A DNA stretch of 64,000 nucleotides from Guillardia theta CCMP2712 (taxonomy: Eukaryota; Protista; Cryptophyta), in NCBI RefSeq assembly GCF_000315625.1, contig NW_005434665.1:741220-805219 (forward strand), in the 5' to 3' direction. Position numbers and translations under genes: made by a program. The notes beneath the pieces are model-generated. The model worked only from the letters and a program-made list of their open reading frames with translations. It did not search any database and was not told the DNA's origin. Shown piece after piece: positions 28,643 through 42,121 of this stretch. The first letter of the stretch is position 1, and each line of letters opens with the position of its first letter.

Positions 28643-30364
28643 GAGGGGGAGGGAGGGGGGAAGGATGGGAGGAGCAGGGGGAGGAGCAGCAGTTACTTCT
28701 ATCACGTCTCCTTCTTGCACCACAAAGTCCTCCCCGTGATGATTGAGAGTGTTGGTTGGCACCTTGCTCGACGCCTCCATCTGCCCGCCGGAGGCTGCCG
28801 GGTCGTCGTCGTAGTGGTAGAAGAAGAGCATCTCTTGCCCGCTGAACAGATTTCCTCTCCTGCTGTTAAGGTAGAACACTCGCCCTGTAGCCTCAGGCAT
28901 CGTTGACCAGCAGCTGCGGGTGGTCAGGAGGCTCAAGTCAACTGACGCCTCCTCACCTTCCGAGTGGGAGCGAGTCCTTGACGATGATGCCGACACTGAG
29001 AGCTCCCTTGTCGCTCTTCTTGGCCACGAGCACTCGAAAGCTGCGGCAACTCTCAACCGCCTCCTCTAACGTCTCCTCCATCCTCTCCTCCATCCTCTTC
29101 TCCCCCAACCTCTTCTTCCCAGCTCATCCTCTCCTCCTCCCCTCCTCCAACCTCTTGTCCTCTCCCTCTCTGACTTCCATCTTCGATCTGGCCTCAGGGT
29201 ATCCCGACACGTTGGTCACTATGGGAAACCCGTCCTGCTGAGCGGAGATGAATTGCCCGTTCACGACACCCTGCAGCGCCTCCTCTCCCATGGTCACCTC
29301 CTCCTCCTCCTCCTCCTCCTCCCCCCGATCCCCGTCCATCGACTTGAAGCCCATCAGCGAGACTTGCATGAAGTACATCTCCTGCCACCTGCGTATCCTC
29401 TCACAGCTCCTCCTCCATCGTCCTCGTCCTCACGGCGTCCGCGACGTCGCGCTCGCCCGCAGCTCTTCTTCTCCGCTGATGCTGGGAACAGATTCGACCG
29501 CTGCCTCCTGCTCGTCACCATCAACCGCTGCTCAGCAACCTCAGCTGCAGACGTTGACGGAATGTCTTCCTGTAAGAGAAGAGAAGGTTCATGGAGGAAG
29601 GGGGGAGTGGTACAGGAGCGTCAGACCTGACTTGATGGAGCTCCGGGTTGAAAGCTTCAAGGGGGAAGGAGAGAGGGTCAGAGCTCGAGGCATGTCACCA
29701 GCACTCTCCTCACCCTCCTTGTGCTCGCCAACGAGCTTCTCCCTGTAGATCCTCGCTGTAGTAGCAGCCGTCAACTCACTCCTCCCTCTCTCCCTCCCTC
29801 CCTCCCTCCCTCCCTCCNNNNNNNNNNNNNNNNNNNNNNNNNNNNNNNNNNNNNNNNNNNNNNNNNNNNNNNNNNNNNNNNNNNNNNNNNNNNNNNNNNN
29901 NNNNNNNNNNNNNNNNNATCATGGTGAAGCAAAGAAAGGCAGCAGAGAGCAAGCGAGCTACCTGACTTGCTATGTATCTGTTTGCTAGCAGCATCTCATC
30001 GGTCAACCCTGTGTCCATGCTGAATTGCCGTCTCGTAACACAGCCAAAGTAGCAAGAATTGACAACACTTTGGATGGAAAGTACATTTCTGAGATCCTCA
30101 AACTCGACCTCGGAGCAGAATCAACTAACTGAAAACAACAACAGGACTACTCGCCTCGCTGACATACTTCACAGGAGCAGCAACATGTAACGGACGCACG
30201 TACTGTGCTCCCTCTCTCCCTCCCTCCCTCCCTCCCTCCCTCCCTCCCTCCCTCCCTCCCTCCCTCCCTCCCTCCCTCCCTCCCTCCCTCCCTCCTCCTC
30301 CTCCTCCTCCTCCTTCTCTCTCTACCTGGTCGCTCCTGCGCCGACCGAAGGAGTCCTGCTGCAT
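28210..30364 (-). CDS. Hypothetical multi-exon protein interrupted by an assembly gap
   Basis: Coding-like segments MQQDSFGRRRSDQ, MDTGLTDEMLLANRYIASQ, YFMQVSLMGFKS, RVFYLNSRRGNLFSG and LLFAVNGLRMPHP with splice sites. No family recognised. Confidence 0.5.
29818..29917. other. Assembly gap (100 N) next to a (CCCT)n tract
   Basis: Run of N. Confidence 1.
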
Positions 30365-30506
30365 CCTACTCGTCACATGGAACCGTAGCCCGGCGGCCCG
30401 ACAGAAGGCGGGTAGGTTTTGAAGGCCTGGAACGAGGCGGGGAAATGGACGATGGTAGGGAGAGGGAGGAGGGAGGAGGGAGCTGAGGGGTGTGTGTGTG
30501 TGGAGG

Positions 30507-31720
30507 ATGGAGCAGGAGAAGAGGCCCGGGAGGGCGAAGAAGATCTGGTACAGGCTGTACGATGGCGAAACAGGAAGACTGCTGGAAGGGGAGGAGGCGC
30601 TGACTACCGAGGGGTACACCAACACCTACAATCAGCACACTGGAAGGATTCCGCGGATAGAGGCGAACAGGCGGTACGAAGTGGCTGATGACGGGAGGAG
30701 GCTGGACTTCCCTGCAGGCAAGGGAGGATACAACTTCATGCTCGAGCCCCGCTACCAGGAGCACAGCCCTCGCACCATCCACAAGGTGCTGCAGCGCTCC
30801 GAAAGGACGTCCTCACTGATGAGCGAAGACTTGGAGGAGGACAAGGTGGTGGTCTACGAGGGAGAAACCAAGTTCTGTCAGGATGGACAGGAGAAGAGGC
30901 ACGGGAAGGGAACGCTCAAGGTCAAGAGCACAGGTAGCATCGTCTACCGTGGCGACTGGCTCTACAACGAGCAGCATGGCAAGGGCGAGCACCGCTGGGA
31001 GGACGGGTCGGTCTACAACGGGGCTTGGGTACATGGCAAGATGCAGGGGCAGGGGAGCTACCGGTGGAAGGATGGGACCAAGTACAACGGAGAGTTCTAT
31101 GATGGCGTCAGACATGGTTGGGGGATCCAACTATGGCCCAAGGAGACGAGCGAAGCGAAGATCGAGTACGAAGGTCGGTGGGTGCGTGGAGAGGAGAGGG
31201 GAGGAGAGGGGTGGGGAGGGGAGGGGAGGGGAGGGGAGGACATGGAGTAATAGCAACGATCGGGGTATGAGGAATTTTGCAGTGAAGGGGGGGAGGGCGA
31301 GGGCTGACAGTAATGGTAGGATCGTGGGTGAACGACAGGCGGCAAGGGAAGGGGAGGCTGAGATACCCAGACGGGAGGATGTACGACGGGGAGTGGAAGG
31401 ATGGAGACATCTGCGGAGAAGGCACCCTTCACTATGCCAACGGTTGGACGTACGAGGGAGAGTTTCTCTCCGGGTTCAAGCACGGTCATGGGATCAGGAC
31501 CGAGTGGTACGGGGGCGCTGGAGGAGAGGAGGGGATGCGGTACGCGGTGTGCTACACGTACAACACGATGCAGGAGAAGGAGAGCCTCGGGCCCTGTAGG
31601 AAGGATGAAGGTGAGAAAAAGATTGAGCGAGGAGGGGTCAGTTTGAACTTTCCTTGCAGGAAACCTGCCGGCCCCTGGGGCCATGTACAAGAAGTACGTG
31701 ACAGACAAGAGATTGAATGA
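30507..31720 (+). CDS. MORN-repeat protein
   Basis: Repeats such as YRGDWLYNEQHGKGEHRW, YNGAWVHGKMQGQGSYRW and YDGEWKDGDICGEGTLHY. Gene ends are approximate. Confidence 0.88.
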
Positions 31721-32273
31721 GAGGAAGATGAGGGCAGCAGAGAAAACATCCGACGAAGCGCTCTCGGTCTGTGAACGAGAGAAGATGTTTCAAACATCAA
31801 GGCAAACTCTGATGTTGTTTGCAGACAAGTTCACATGACAATCATACTCTCAGAAATTCTCCTCCAAACTCACCTCCTTTCTCTCCGACTGATCACATCA
31901 TGGACAAGCATATTGGAGGGATCAGCACCGCAAAGTCAGGAAACTGGACATTAGGGAATATCAGTTTGATAGACGATGAAACCGAATGACGCTTTTAAGA
32001 AATAAGTAAGAGATAAAGTAACATGTGAAACAAACAAGTGAAAGAATCAAGCTAAAGAATGAAGTGCACGAATATAGTGTATGAATCCATTATATCCGTC
32101 GTTACAGCTCTTGTGCAAGTTTCCTCTGCCGCTGCAGCCTGGAGGAGCGAGTCATGAAACTCAACCAGCAGCAGCAGGAGAAGGATCTTCACTCACTCTG
32201 CATCGATGCTGTCTTGTATGGTCCGGACTGACTTGTCTACGTTTGCTGCGCACCTCCCCTCCCCTCCTGCGAA

Positions 32274-33895
32274 TCACATCACTGGGTACCTACAAGACCA
32301 GCTCTCACCGTAGTCTCTCTGCTCCTTCCTCCCACGGAGGCAACGCGAGAGTTTCTTCCGGATCTCTCCCTTCAGCTCCCACCAGTAGGAGAACACTTCT
32401 TTCCTCAGCTCCACGAGGTTCTCCTCAGACTCCAGCAGGACAGGCCCGAGGTCTCGAGAGAAGTTGCTGATGTAGGGGAAGGGATGCCCGGGGTAGATAT
32501 GCTCGAACGCTATCGAAGACTCCAGCACGGGGATCGAACCGGCCTCGAGCGCCTCCGACACCCTGTAAGTCTCCACGTTGCCTCCTCCTGGGCACAGCGT
32601 GAAGTCCGACCTCAGCAGCAAGTCCCTGTAGGATCGCGTCGCCATCCCCCTGCTGAAGTCGTTCCACATCGTCGTCAGGTTCATGTGGGCGTCCCTGCTG
32701 AAGTCAGCTCCGAGGGAGTCGATCGCTTCCATCATGTCGAGCCGCGATTCGCTCGAGTACACGTTCCCCACAAAGTTCCACCGGAACTTCCTCCTGCCCC
32801 TGCCCCTTCCGTGATCCTGGGCCTCCTCCTCCTCCATCATCTCCATCATCCAGTCCCTCCGCTGCCCCACATGCTTCTCCTCCTGGTCCCAGTACCCTGA
32901 CTTGTACCCCAGGGGGATGAAGGTCACGTGGGAGTGGGCGAGCTGGGACGGGAAGAAGTAGTTCTTGAACAGGTAGTCGCTCTCTTCATACAGGAAGGAC
33001 GGAGCTTGCGCGTACTCGTCTCCCAGCAGCATCAGCCCCAGCCGGCCTCCCATCGACCTGACCTCGCACACGTACCTCCCCACCTCCTCCCAGTGACCAG
33101 CACGTTGGGGCCAGATGGAGTCGAGCACCTGAGTCAAGGATTCAGTAAGAAAGGGGAGGGGCAGGCGAGGGCCCTACGAGCAGGGAGCTCTTGGAGTAGA
33201 CGTGCGGGTGCTTGCAAGCCCGTGATGTCGTGACCCTCAGGACCTTCACCGACAGGCGTCAGAACTTCTCTCCTCCTCTCCATCGCTGCTGACCCAAAGT
33301 CCTTCCAGCAGCTCGTCCACCCAGTCTTGCGAGAAGTGGCCCTCCACCCCAGCATCCTTGACGGGCCAGGCGAACCGCACGACCACAGTACCGTCTCCTG
33401 GTCGGATGCATTCCGCAGGGTCGACCTTATCAGTTTCGCCGGACGACGACACAAGGAAGTTCGATCTTGATCGAGCCGCTACTAGACTTGAAGATACTAC
33501 TTCCAACTCGAGCTCTTGCTCGCCGGGACACAGGTGGGACGAGATATCCACAGAGGGGAAATGAAGGAGCGTGCTGGTCATGACTGCATCCCCATTTAAG
33601 ATGATCCTCAGAGCCATCTCCTCTGAACTCGCGCCGCACCCGGAAACTCGCCACGTCCTATAAACGGTAGTGAGCGCATTCTTGCACTGTGATTCAAAGC
33701 ATCAACTTACAGTGGAATGATCGTCCCATACAGGAACAGGCTGCCAGCTGACGGTGAGGTAATCACAACCGAGCATCCTTCCTCTAGAACTCCTCCATGG
33801 GACTTACTCGTCCCTGTCTTGAATACCGATAACATCACGAACAACAAGATCAAAACTCTTGTCCTCCTCTTTGTACTTGTCTTTGTCCTGATCAT
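32274..33895 (-). CDS. Exostosin/GT47-type glycosyltransferase, RXYLT1/TMEM5-like, type II membrane
   Basis: WNFVG and DFTLCPGGGNVETYRVSEALEAGSIPVLE. N-terminal hydrophobic anchor VLILLFVMLSVF. Confidence 0.8.
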
Positions 33896-34104
33896 CCTTG
33901 CAGTTCTCGTCTTCTTGGACACTGCCCCCCCCCTCCCTCCTCACCCTTCGTCGTCGCCCCTTCGTCCTGAAATTCCACCTCGCGCATTTTTCTATTTTTC
34001 TCCCCGATAGAAATTTACCCTCATCCCCCCATAGACCAGCAGCCCTCATCCCGCCCATACGTCGCCCTCATCCCCGATCAGCCCTTGAGGCGACCCTTCG
34101 CGCT

Positions 34105-34896
34105 ATGTCGCAAGAGGGAGGGGGAGGGAGCGGGCAATGGCTCAAGGATGCGGAGGCCTGGGTGGAAGACAAGCGGCTGAAGCCATCGACCTTTGCTGCA
34201 GAGTTCATCGGTTCCTTTCTCTTTCAGTTCTTGGGGGGTTCTGCCGCTTCCAATGCGGTGGATGCAGGGCTCACGACAGCGGCCCTCGGCAATGGTGCGG
34301 CCCTGGCGCTGCTCGTGTATTCGATGGCAGGCATCAGTGGAGCGCATCTTAACCCGGCCGTATCTACTGCCATGCTCGTCATCGGTGAAGATGACATGAG
34401 CATCCCGAAGTGGGGAATCTACGTTAGCATGCAGCTCTTCGGCGCTCTGATGGGGGCTGTGTTCCTGCGGTACCTGTGCCCGGACACGGCGGTGGTCCGA
34501 AACCCTTTTGTCACGCAGGGAATTCTCAACGAGGGAGTGAGCAGGAACTTGGCGGGGCTGGGGATCTTCGAATTTGTCATGACCTTCACTCTCGTGTTCG
34601 TGATCTGTGCGGTGGCTCTGGACATGAAGTCAGGGGCCAGGCAGTATGGGCCACTGGCTGTTGGCTTCGTCTATGCAGCCGGCGTCTACTGTGAGGGGCC
34701 GTACACTGGGGGAAGCATGAATCCAGCAAGAACTATCGCAGCTGCTATAGTGTATGCCAATTTCACGGGCATGTGGATTTCAATCATCTGTGTGATGATC
34801 GGAGGCGTAGCAGGTGCATTCTGCTACAAGCACTTGCTCAGGATAGAACATAACCCTGCAAATTCACGCGACTTCTCTGCATCGCGTTACGTTTAA
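34105..34896 (+). CDS. Aquaporin (MIP family), 263 aa, intronless
   Basis: AEFIGSFLF, ISGAHLNPAVS, GGSMNPAR and six hydrophobic helices. Confidence 0.95.
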   Translation: MSQEGGGGSGQWLKDAEAWVEDKRLKPSTFAAEFIGSFLFQFLGGSAASNAVDAGLTTAALGNGAALALLVYSMAGISGAHLNPAVSTAMLVIGEDDMSIPKWGIYVSMQLFGALMGAVFLRYLCPDTAVVRNPFVTQGILNEGVSRNLAGLGIFEFVMTFTLVFVICAVALDMKSGARQYGPLAVGFVYAAGVYCEGPYTGGSMNPARTIAAAIVYANFTGMWISIICVMIGGVAGAFCYKHLLRIEHNPANSRDFSASRYV

Positions 34897-35329
34897 CAGA
34901 TCATTCCGATGAGGTGCTTAGAACATGTAATGAAATATTGTTGTCTTGCCCGAAGTGCCGACAACTCAGCACGCACACGGCCATTATTAATCACAAGCCT
35001 TGTCATTGCCAAAATTCCTTGGGAAGCGCAACAGGAGAGCATCTCGAAAGGTTCATGCCAATTATCATATTGTACTATCTTTTGGAAACATCTTAGCGAA
35101 ACTTGCTCATTATGTACAATTACACTCATGTTGCACACATGGAAACATCTCTGGTCAACCTCACAACGAGACGAAAGAATAACAAAATCATCCTCATCCG
35201 ACAACATGGAACCACTTTCGTAATTTCACTCCTCCTGCATGCCCTCCTTGAAGTATCCAAATTGACTTGGCCCGAAAACATTCCGTGTCGTCATACAGGA
35301 GCAGAGCCCTCGAGGTCCTGACGATGCTC

Positions 35330-36851
35330 ACCTTTCTTATTCCGCCCCTGCGATCGACGCTTGACCTGGATCTGAAGTAAAGTCGTCAGTCTTCCCCTCC
35401 TCTTGCCATGTCCGTCCTACCTCGTCCTCTAGATACTTCACCAGCGAGTCCTTGGCGAAAGGACTTTGTCTGGCAACATCAGCTGCTGTCTGCGAGTGAA
35501 GAGTGAGCCGTCATGACTAAGTGATCGGAGACGGCGAGAGATCTCTCCTTGAGCCCCTCAGGCTCTTCCAGCATGCGGGACGTCTGACCTGTTTCTGAGA
35601 GTTTCTTGCTTCGGGGTCTTGAAACTTGATTCCCTTCTTGATTGCAGCCTGCGTGCAAGGAGGCAAGGTTCGAATCAGAAGCGTCTCTGACGCCCTCCTC
35701 CTCCTACCTGGCAGAGCTTGTAGGAACCGGCTTCAGCAGCGATGTGCAGGGGGGTCCATCCCTCTCCCCTCGCTTGGGCCGCCTGTAGCTGTGTAAACAG
35801 TGGGATAGGCGAGAGAAGGATAAAGACCTTCGCGAGAAAGTTCAAATCGAGGCCTTGCTCAGCAAGCTCGTCGAGAATCTCTTGATTCTGATCGCATACG
35901 TTCAACCATGGCGTCGACAGGATTCAAAACATGGACATCTTACCTTCCGTCGGAGAGCAAAATCGAGAACCGATTTGCCTATGTCATTCAATTCAATCGG
36001 AAAGCCACAAGCTCGATGTTGGAATGTCAAGACCTGAAGCTGTCGTTGCGTTCACATCGGCCTTGCACTGCGTGAGAAGCTTTACGAGCTGGAGCCAACA
36101 AGTCTCTTCATGTTTCCGACAACCGTCAATTTCTCAATCACCTGTGCTGGCCCGTGCAATGTGGCATCGTGTAGGACCGTCGTACCGTCAGCACATGCAT
36201 CTCGTACCTGCCAGCACACCAGCTCAGCAGGTTCCGGGATCACACTACATACATCACCCTCGATCCTGCCTTGATCAGCGCTTTCGCGCTGTTGAGATCC
36301 CCCGAGCGAACAGAGAAGTTCAAAGCACTCTCCCCTTTCTCATGTCAGCGCAGGAGCTCTCTGCAGAAAACGCTCCTACCTCGTACGTTGGCGGCCAGCA
36401 CGTCTGCTTTGTTCTCAATCAGCAACTTGACAGCACTCCACGACTGACTCGACGCGGCAGCATGCAGCGCTGTCTCCCCTCGTTGATTGCGCGCGTTCAC
36501 GTTCGCGGCATTTTGCAGCAACACCTTCATGACCTGCCGACTCGCTCATCACATCGAGCGCGAGGCTTCCGTTCACCCCCTCCCTTCCTCCCATTCAACT
36601 TCACTCACCTCCACTTGCCCATGCTCACTGGCCCAATGCAGGGGCAGGTCCCCAGTAGGATCCACCGAGTTTACGTCCGCCATGGCGTCAAGTAGCGCCT
36701 TCGCTACAGCAGGGGAAGAAGCCCAGTGCAACGGAGTTTCCCCCCATTGGTCTCTGCTCGTGACTGCTTCCTGCTTCAAGGCTTCTCGGACCTCGTCTAG
36801 TTTCCCCAGCTTCGCTACCTCATGCAGTCTCTTCGCAGAGCTCCCACTCAT
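35330..36851 (-). CDS. Ankyrin-repeat protein, multi-exon
   Basis: DQWGETPLHWA, GDLPLHWA, NQRGETALHAAA and GWTPLHIAAEAG. The 3' end is approximate. Confidence 0.8.
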
Positions 36852-37412
36852 CGTTGAGGCTGACGGCTTCCTCTTAGCTTGACACAGGCGGCTTCCCCAT
36901 GAACGAGATCTCTTCTAGTCTATCATGCATTCGGTTCTGCTCACCCCTTGCCCATTTCGTACTGCCTGTATCATGTCATTGCGTCTCGTCGTCCAACTCT
37001 TAGATAGTCCCTACCTCCTCCCCTCCTCCTGCTCTCCTGCTCTCCTGCTCTCCTGCTCTCCTGCTCTCCTGCTCTCCTGCTCTCCTCCTCCCCTCCTCCC
37101 CTCCTCCCCTCCTCCTCTCCTCTCCTGCCTCCGACTCACCCATAGCACCCTCATCATTTTGCGGATGGTTTCCGAATCCTTGCCACCTGCTAACCACCTT
37201 TCTGCCCTTGCCCCTACCCCTGCCCTTCTCTAATCTTCTTCTAATCACAATGGCATACCCCCTTAACTCTGCTATTTTATGTACCCCACCTCCTCAAAAC
37301 CCCTCTACTACCCCCACCCTATAACCCGCTGACTCGCGCAATGCCGCACCGCGCGAAGCGGCTTCTGTGGTGTACGCCATGCAACAATCCCCGCCCGCCG
37401 TCCTCCTCCCTC

Positions 37413-40170
37413 ATGTCCCTCCTCGCTCCTCTCCGAAACTCTCTCCTACTCCTGCTGATCATCCTTCCCCTCTGCGCTTCCGTACCATCAACGGACGAAA
37501 GGTTTCTACCTGAGCGAGGGAGGCAAGACATGCCGTCTTCAGGGGGGGGCAGCGCAAGCACCAAAGGAGGCTCAAAGAACAAGTTGGAGGATGGTGAAGT
37601 GCCCAAATATGCGTTCCCCAAGTCCATGAACGACTTCTACAAGGGTGAGAATGCATTCCACAGCGTCGCGCTCGAATTCGTCTTAGTTTGCATGTTTCTC
37701 CCATCTTTGTGCTTGTCCTCTTTCCACCGAGCAATGCATCGGATGCATCTGAGTTCTCATCGTTTCAGGGAAATGGCATCTGACAAACGGCACTGGGAAG
37801 GCAAATCTGAAGCACACTTCAGGGCATGTTGTGTTCCAGGTCTTCATTGTTCGGTGAAGAAGTGTGCTTGCATCTGTAACGTTCACTTGATAGATCATAA
37901 CGCGCGCTCATGGCCGCGAGATCAAGAGGATCAGACCCACCGCAAGCTCAGCTGAGAAGGGCGCGAACTCCACATCCATGCCTGAGCAGGAAGCGACAGG
38001 GGGAGGGAAGAGTAACCTAGTTCTGGGGGACGGTATCGTCAGCCAGGGTGTAGTGATTGGTTCCGCGAGGAATGAGAGCTCAGCCAAGGATGGAGGGAAA
38101 GGAGCGAAAGAAATTGTGCTGGTAGAGGAGGTCGACATGATTCAGGTTGGTGGTGGCCTCGAACCTCATGCTCCTTCAACGTGATCCGATGTGGCTTCCA
38201 GGTGGACATGGTAATTCGCGATGGGCAATACAGCACTTCGCGTGACCTGCACACGTACATGCAGGGTTTGTACAGGAAGGGATCGGGGAGATTGTGAGTC
38301 CTGTATCTCCGATCCTGACAGTCTGTTCACTCGTCTTTGTTTGCAGACAACTTTGGACAGTGTGCAATTCCCCGGAGTGTGGGATGTACATGTTTGGAGG
38401 GTGGAAGGACGGAGCTCAACCCCCTCTCTTGGGCCCTGGGTTTGATGGTGAAGTCAATCGCATCTTCCTGTGCATGGCTGATGTCTCATCGCAGGATCGC
38501 AGAACAGATCAGACACATCACTCAACTTGATTCAGCAAGAAAGGCAACCACGCCCCTACAGGCCCAGCATGGGTAGGAATCAGCGTGGAAAGTGCATCTT
38601 CAGGGTCAGCTTGCAGGTGGGAGCAAGGGAGAAGTTCCTGCTGCTCTGTATTCGTCGTGTGCTCGTTCCTCACCTGCTATGCTCGCAGACTGTGAAGAGG
38701 CCTACGATTCAAGACGATGACAAGCCTTTGCCTCCCATCATTCTGTTCGGCAACATCACGAGCGCCAACTGTGGGATTAACATGACTATGAATGCAACTT
38801 CCATGAATTTTGAGGTTTGGCCGATTGATCTCGGACTGTTCCAAGGGATCTCACGCAGGGAGCAGGTGTACTACTCCAAGGCGATGCACTACACCCTCAT
38901 GGTGACAGCAGCCTCGTTCATGCAAGTCTTGCTTCTTGTTCGTCAGATCGAGTACTCCAACTCAAGGACAAGCGCCATCAAAGTCTCCCTGCTGACTATC
39001 GGACAGCAGGTGCTGGAATGGTTGGTATCCTCAAGTTGGCTCTGACGATGCTGAGTGCTCAGGCGATCATGGATTCATACTTATGTTTGATGCACTTGAC
39101 AACGGGGATCGTGGTAGAGGCCCTGTTCAACGCCTTTGCGACAGCAGCGTTCTTCAAATTCATGATCTTCTCCATCTTCGAAATGAGATATTTGCTCATC
39201 ATCTGGAAAGCGCGTCGTCCTCACGGCTTCCAAGAGGGGTGGAATAGCATGCGGCGAGAGCTCTCGATGCTTTACTCAAGGTTCTATGGCTGCCTCCTCG
39301 CAGGGATAGTATTGATCTACCAGGTTTGCCAGTTGACAAGACACGTAGACTTATGACAATCTGTTGTCCCTTTAGATGCAGAGATACACGGGAGCGCTTG
39401 TGCTGCTGATCTACAGCTTTTGGGTCCCTCAGATCATTCATTCGATCCATCATGATCATAGAAAACCTCTTCTGTTGAGGTGACTGACTGTGATGGCAAG
39501 GCTGACGCAGCAAGTTCACTCGTTTCTCTCCATTGCAGGTACATCATTGGGATCTCTTGTACCAGGCTTCTCATCCCCCTGTACGCCTTCGCCTGCCCCT
39601 ACAACTTCCTTCACTCCGAGCCAAATTATTCCCTAGCCTTTGCTCTCGTCGCTTGGGTTGGTTTCCAGGTACAGCAACGCGCTCCTCCTCCCTTTCCTTG
39701 CCTCCCATCCCTATCTCGCTGTCCTTGAAACGTTAACGACAGGTTGCTGTCCTGGTCGTCCAGCACTACAAGGGGCCTCGTTTCTTCATCCCTCGCATCT
39801 TCAGACCCGAGAAGTACGACTACTACAGGAGAATACCGATGGAATCACCTTCGGTCAGTATAGACTCCCCTTCCTTCTTCTCCTCGCTCTCTATCTTCTC
39901 ACCTCTGTGCTCCTCTCCCAAGTGCGCCTCTCACCACCCGCTCTAGCCCTACTTCTTCCTCCTTCTTGCTCCCTTCCTCACGCAATCTTCCAGGAATCGC
40001 AAGATTGCGCCATTTGCATGATGTCAGTGGGCGGCAGTCACGACACGAGCCCGAGGGTCGTCACACCCTGTGACCATGTCTTCCATCAGGACTGTCTCAA
40101 GAGGTGGATGGAGATCAAGTTGGAGTGCCCTGTCTGCAGGAGGACTGTTCCGGACATTGACGACGACTGA
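37413..40170 (+). CDS. Multi-pass transmembrane RING-H2 E3 ligase (Tul1/Dsc1/FLY1-like)
   Basis: Signal peptide, KVSLLTIGQQAIMDSYLCLMHL, FWVPQI, and C-terminal CAIC..PCDHVFHQDCLKRWMEIKLECPVCR. Confidence 0.9.
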
Positions 40171-40294
40171 GAGGGTGACAGAGTGTGAGATGGGCATGTG
40201 TAACTTTACCATCATGTGTATTCTTTTGATTTTTGGGGCCAATTTTGCGAACGTGTAAGCTAACATGTAGATAAACAAGGATCACTTGTTCGCA

Positions 40295-42121
40295 TCACGA
40301 TTTCCTCGCTCTCTTGCTGCTCCCGGCTTCCCCATCCTCTTCTGTGGTCCTCTTGCGAGAAGGAGCGGCGTCCCTGTACAAAGGCATCAGCAGGAGGCTC
40401 CTCTAGCCAACTATGGCATACATGATCTCGATATCGTCATCATCGTCCTCCGCTGCTCCTGTGTCACCGCTCGGCTCCGCTCCACCCTGCTGATCCCCGT
40501 TTGGAGCAGCAGCCTCGGCCTTGTGCGAAACCTCGTAGGGACGCTCGCCCTCAGGGTCGAGCTCCTCGCTGAGAAAGAGTGAGTGTAGAGAGAACAAGAG
40601 GATGGAGCACCTGTGAACGATCAAAACCTTCATGCTTGTGTTGCCCTGCGTCTCATCCTCGATGGAAAGAATCATCTGATCGCTGATGCCAATGCTTGGA
40701 TCCGTCAAGGGCAGTTTGAGCCTCTTCTCCATGGCCACTTTGTCCGCCTCAGTCTCAAAGTTGGACAGGCACTCGAAGAAGTTGGCTCCTGTGTCGACGA
40801 GAGGCTCGTTCAGTCCCAACTCTTGCTTCAAGATCCTCGTCAAGAAGAAGTTGAAGGTCGTCTTCTCCACGTTCAGCTTCAGCGACACCGTGCCTCCGCT
40901 GCAAACCGTACACGCACGGTTCGGCAAGTCGAGGTTCGAGGGGATCAAAATGTACCTCTTCCTCCCGCTCGGCTCTCTGTTCTTCATGATCGCCCTACAA
41001 TCCCCAAGTCTTCCCTCTAGCACCTTAACGGCCTCCAGCACCATGGCTCCAGAGATGATCGCGTTGGTTGTGGCAATGGCGGGGATGATGTTCCCAGCAA
41101 TCTCCTTGCACCGGAACCTGGTCTGCATGTCGATCGCGAAGACATGAGCCCTGAGGTTGCTGGCAGCCAAGACGAAGTTCATGATGACATCATCATCTTT
41201 GTCCCATTCCATCACACCCTCCTCCTTCGCCCTCGCTTGCAATTCCACATAGCTCTCCTTGAACAGCGCGATTGTTTCCTCCAATGACAGCACCGTGGTC
41301 TCGGCAACCTCAGACCCCCTGTTCGCCTGCTCCTGCGTCGCAACGAGTGTGAGAGGAGTTGGAGGCTTCCTGCTCTCCCACAGCTCCGCCATCCCGATCA
41401 GCTTGTTGATCTCCTCTACGAAGACTTTCTCCAGTACCTGATGCGAGTCCAGCTCGGCGCTGATGCCCTGCACGACCTCATCGGTGTCATCCTTCGGTCC
41501 GAACAGCATGTTGAAGAGGTGCTTCCCCCACACGATGCAGTGAACCGGCTTGTCCGGTGTGGACCGGATGGTGCAGACCGGAAACCCCTTGGGAGCGGGC
41601 TTCGGCTCGCAGTCGTAGCATGCGCTAACACCCTTCTTGATGGTTACCACTTGTCCATCGTACCCTTGCGTTCCTCCGTCGATCAAGATCTTTTCCTGGT
41701 GGACACAGATCCTGCTCACGTGCCTGCGGGCCTCCAAGTTGTCCAGAGCATTGAAGATGATGTCGAATCCGTCCATGTAACTCGGTCCGAACCGCTTCTC
41801 CTTGATGTTCCCATGGTGAGCGATGATGTCCACGTCGGGATTGAACCTCTTCACGACCTCAGCAGCGACGTTCGCCTTGCTTTTCTTCACGTGCTCCTTC
41901 CTGAACAAGAACTGCCTGTTCAGGTTGCTCACGTCGATAGTATCCAAGTCCACCACCTCGATCTTCTTGAAGCCTGACAGCACGAGGACTTTGAGGAGCT
42001 CACAACCGATCCCACCAGCTCCCACCACCAAGACCTTTGCTTCATGCAGCCTCTTCATCGCCTCTGCTCCTCCTCCCATGGCCTCCATGGCCTTGCGCAA
42101 ATGTTCCTCCCTTCCCGCCAT
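40295..42121 (-). CDS. UBA2: SUMO-activating enzyme subunit 2
   Basis: VGAGGIGCELLK, DLDTIDVSNLNRQFLF, catalytic FPVCTIRSTP and AGNIIPAIATTNA. The spliced C-terminus is an NLS-like RKR...KRARKS ending at TGA 40295-40297. Confidence 0.95.

Noticed and set aside
40570-40612. Hydrophobic CSILLFSLHSLFLS in UBA2 as a TM segment
   Set aside because: It is most likely an in-frame GT-AG intron read through by the ORF finder.
37413-42121. Adjacent E3 ligase and UBA2 as a functional cluster
   Set aside because: They are convergent housekeeping genes from different pathways, and adjacency is likely chance.
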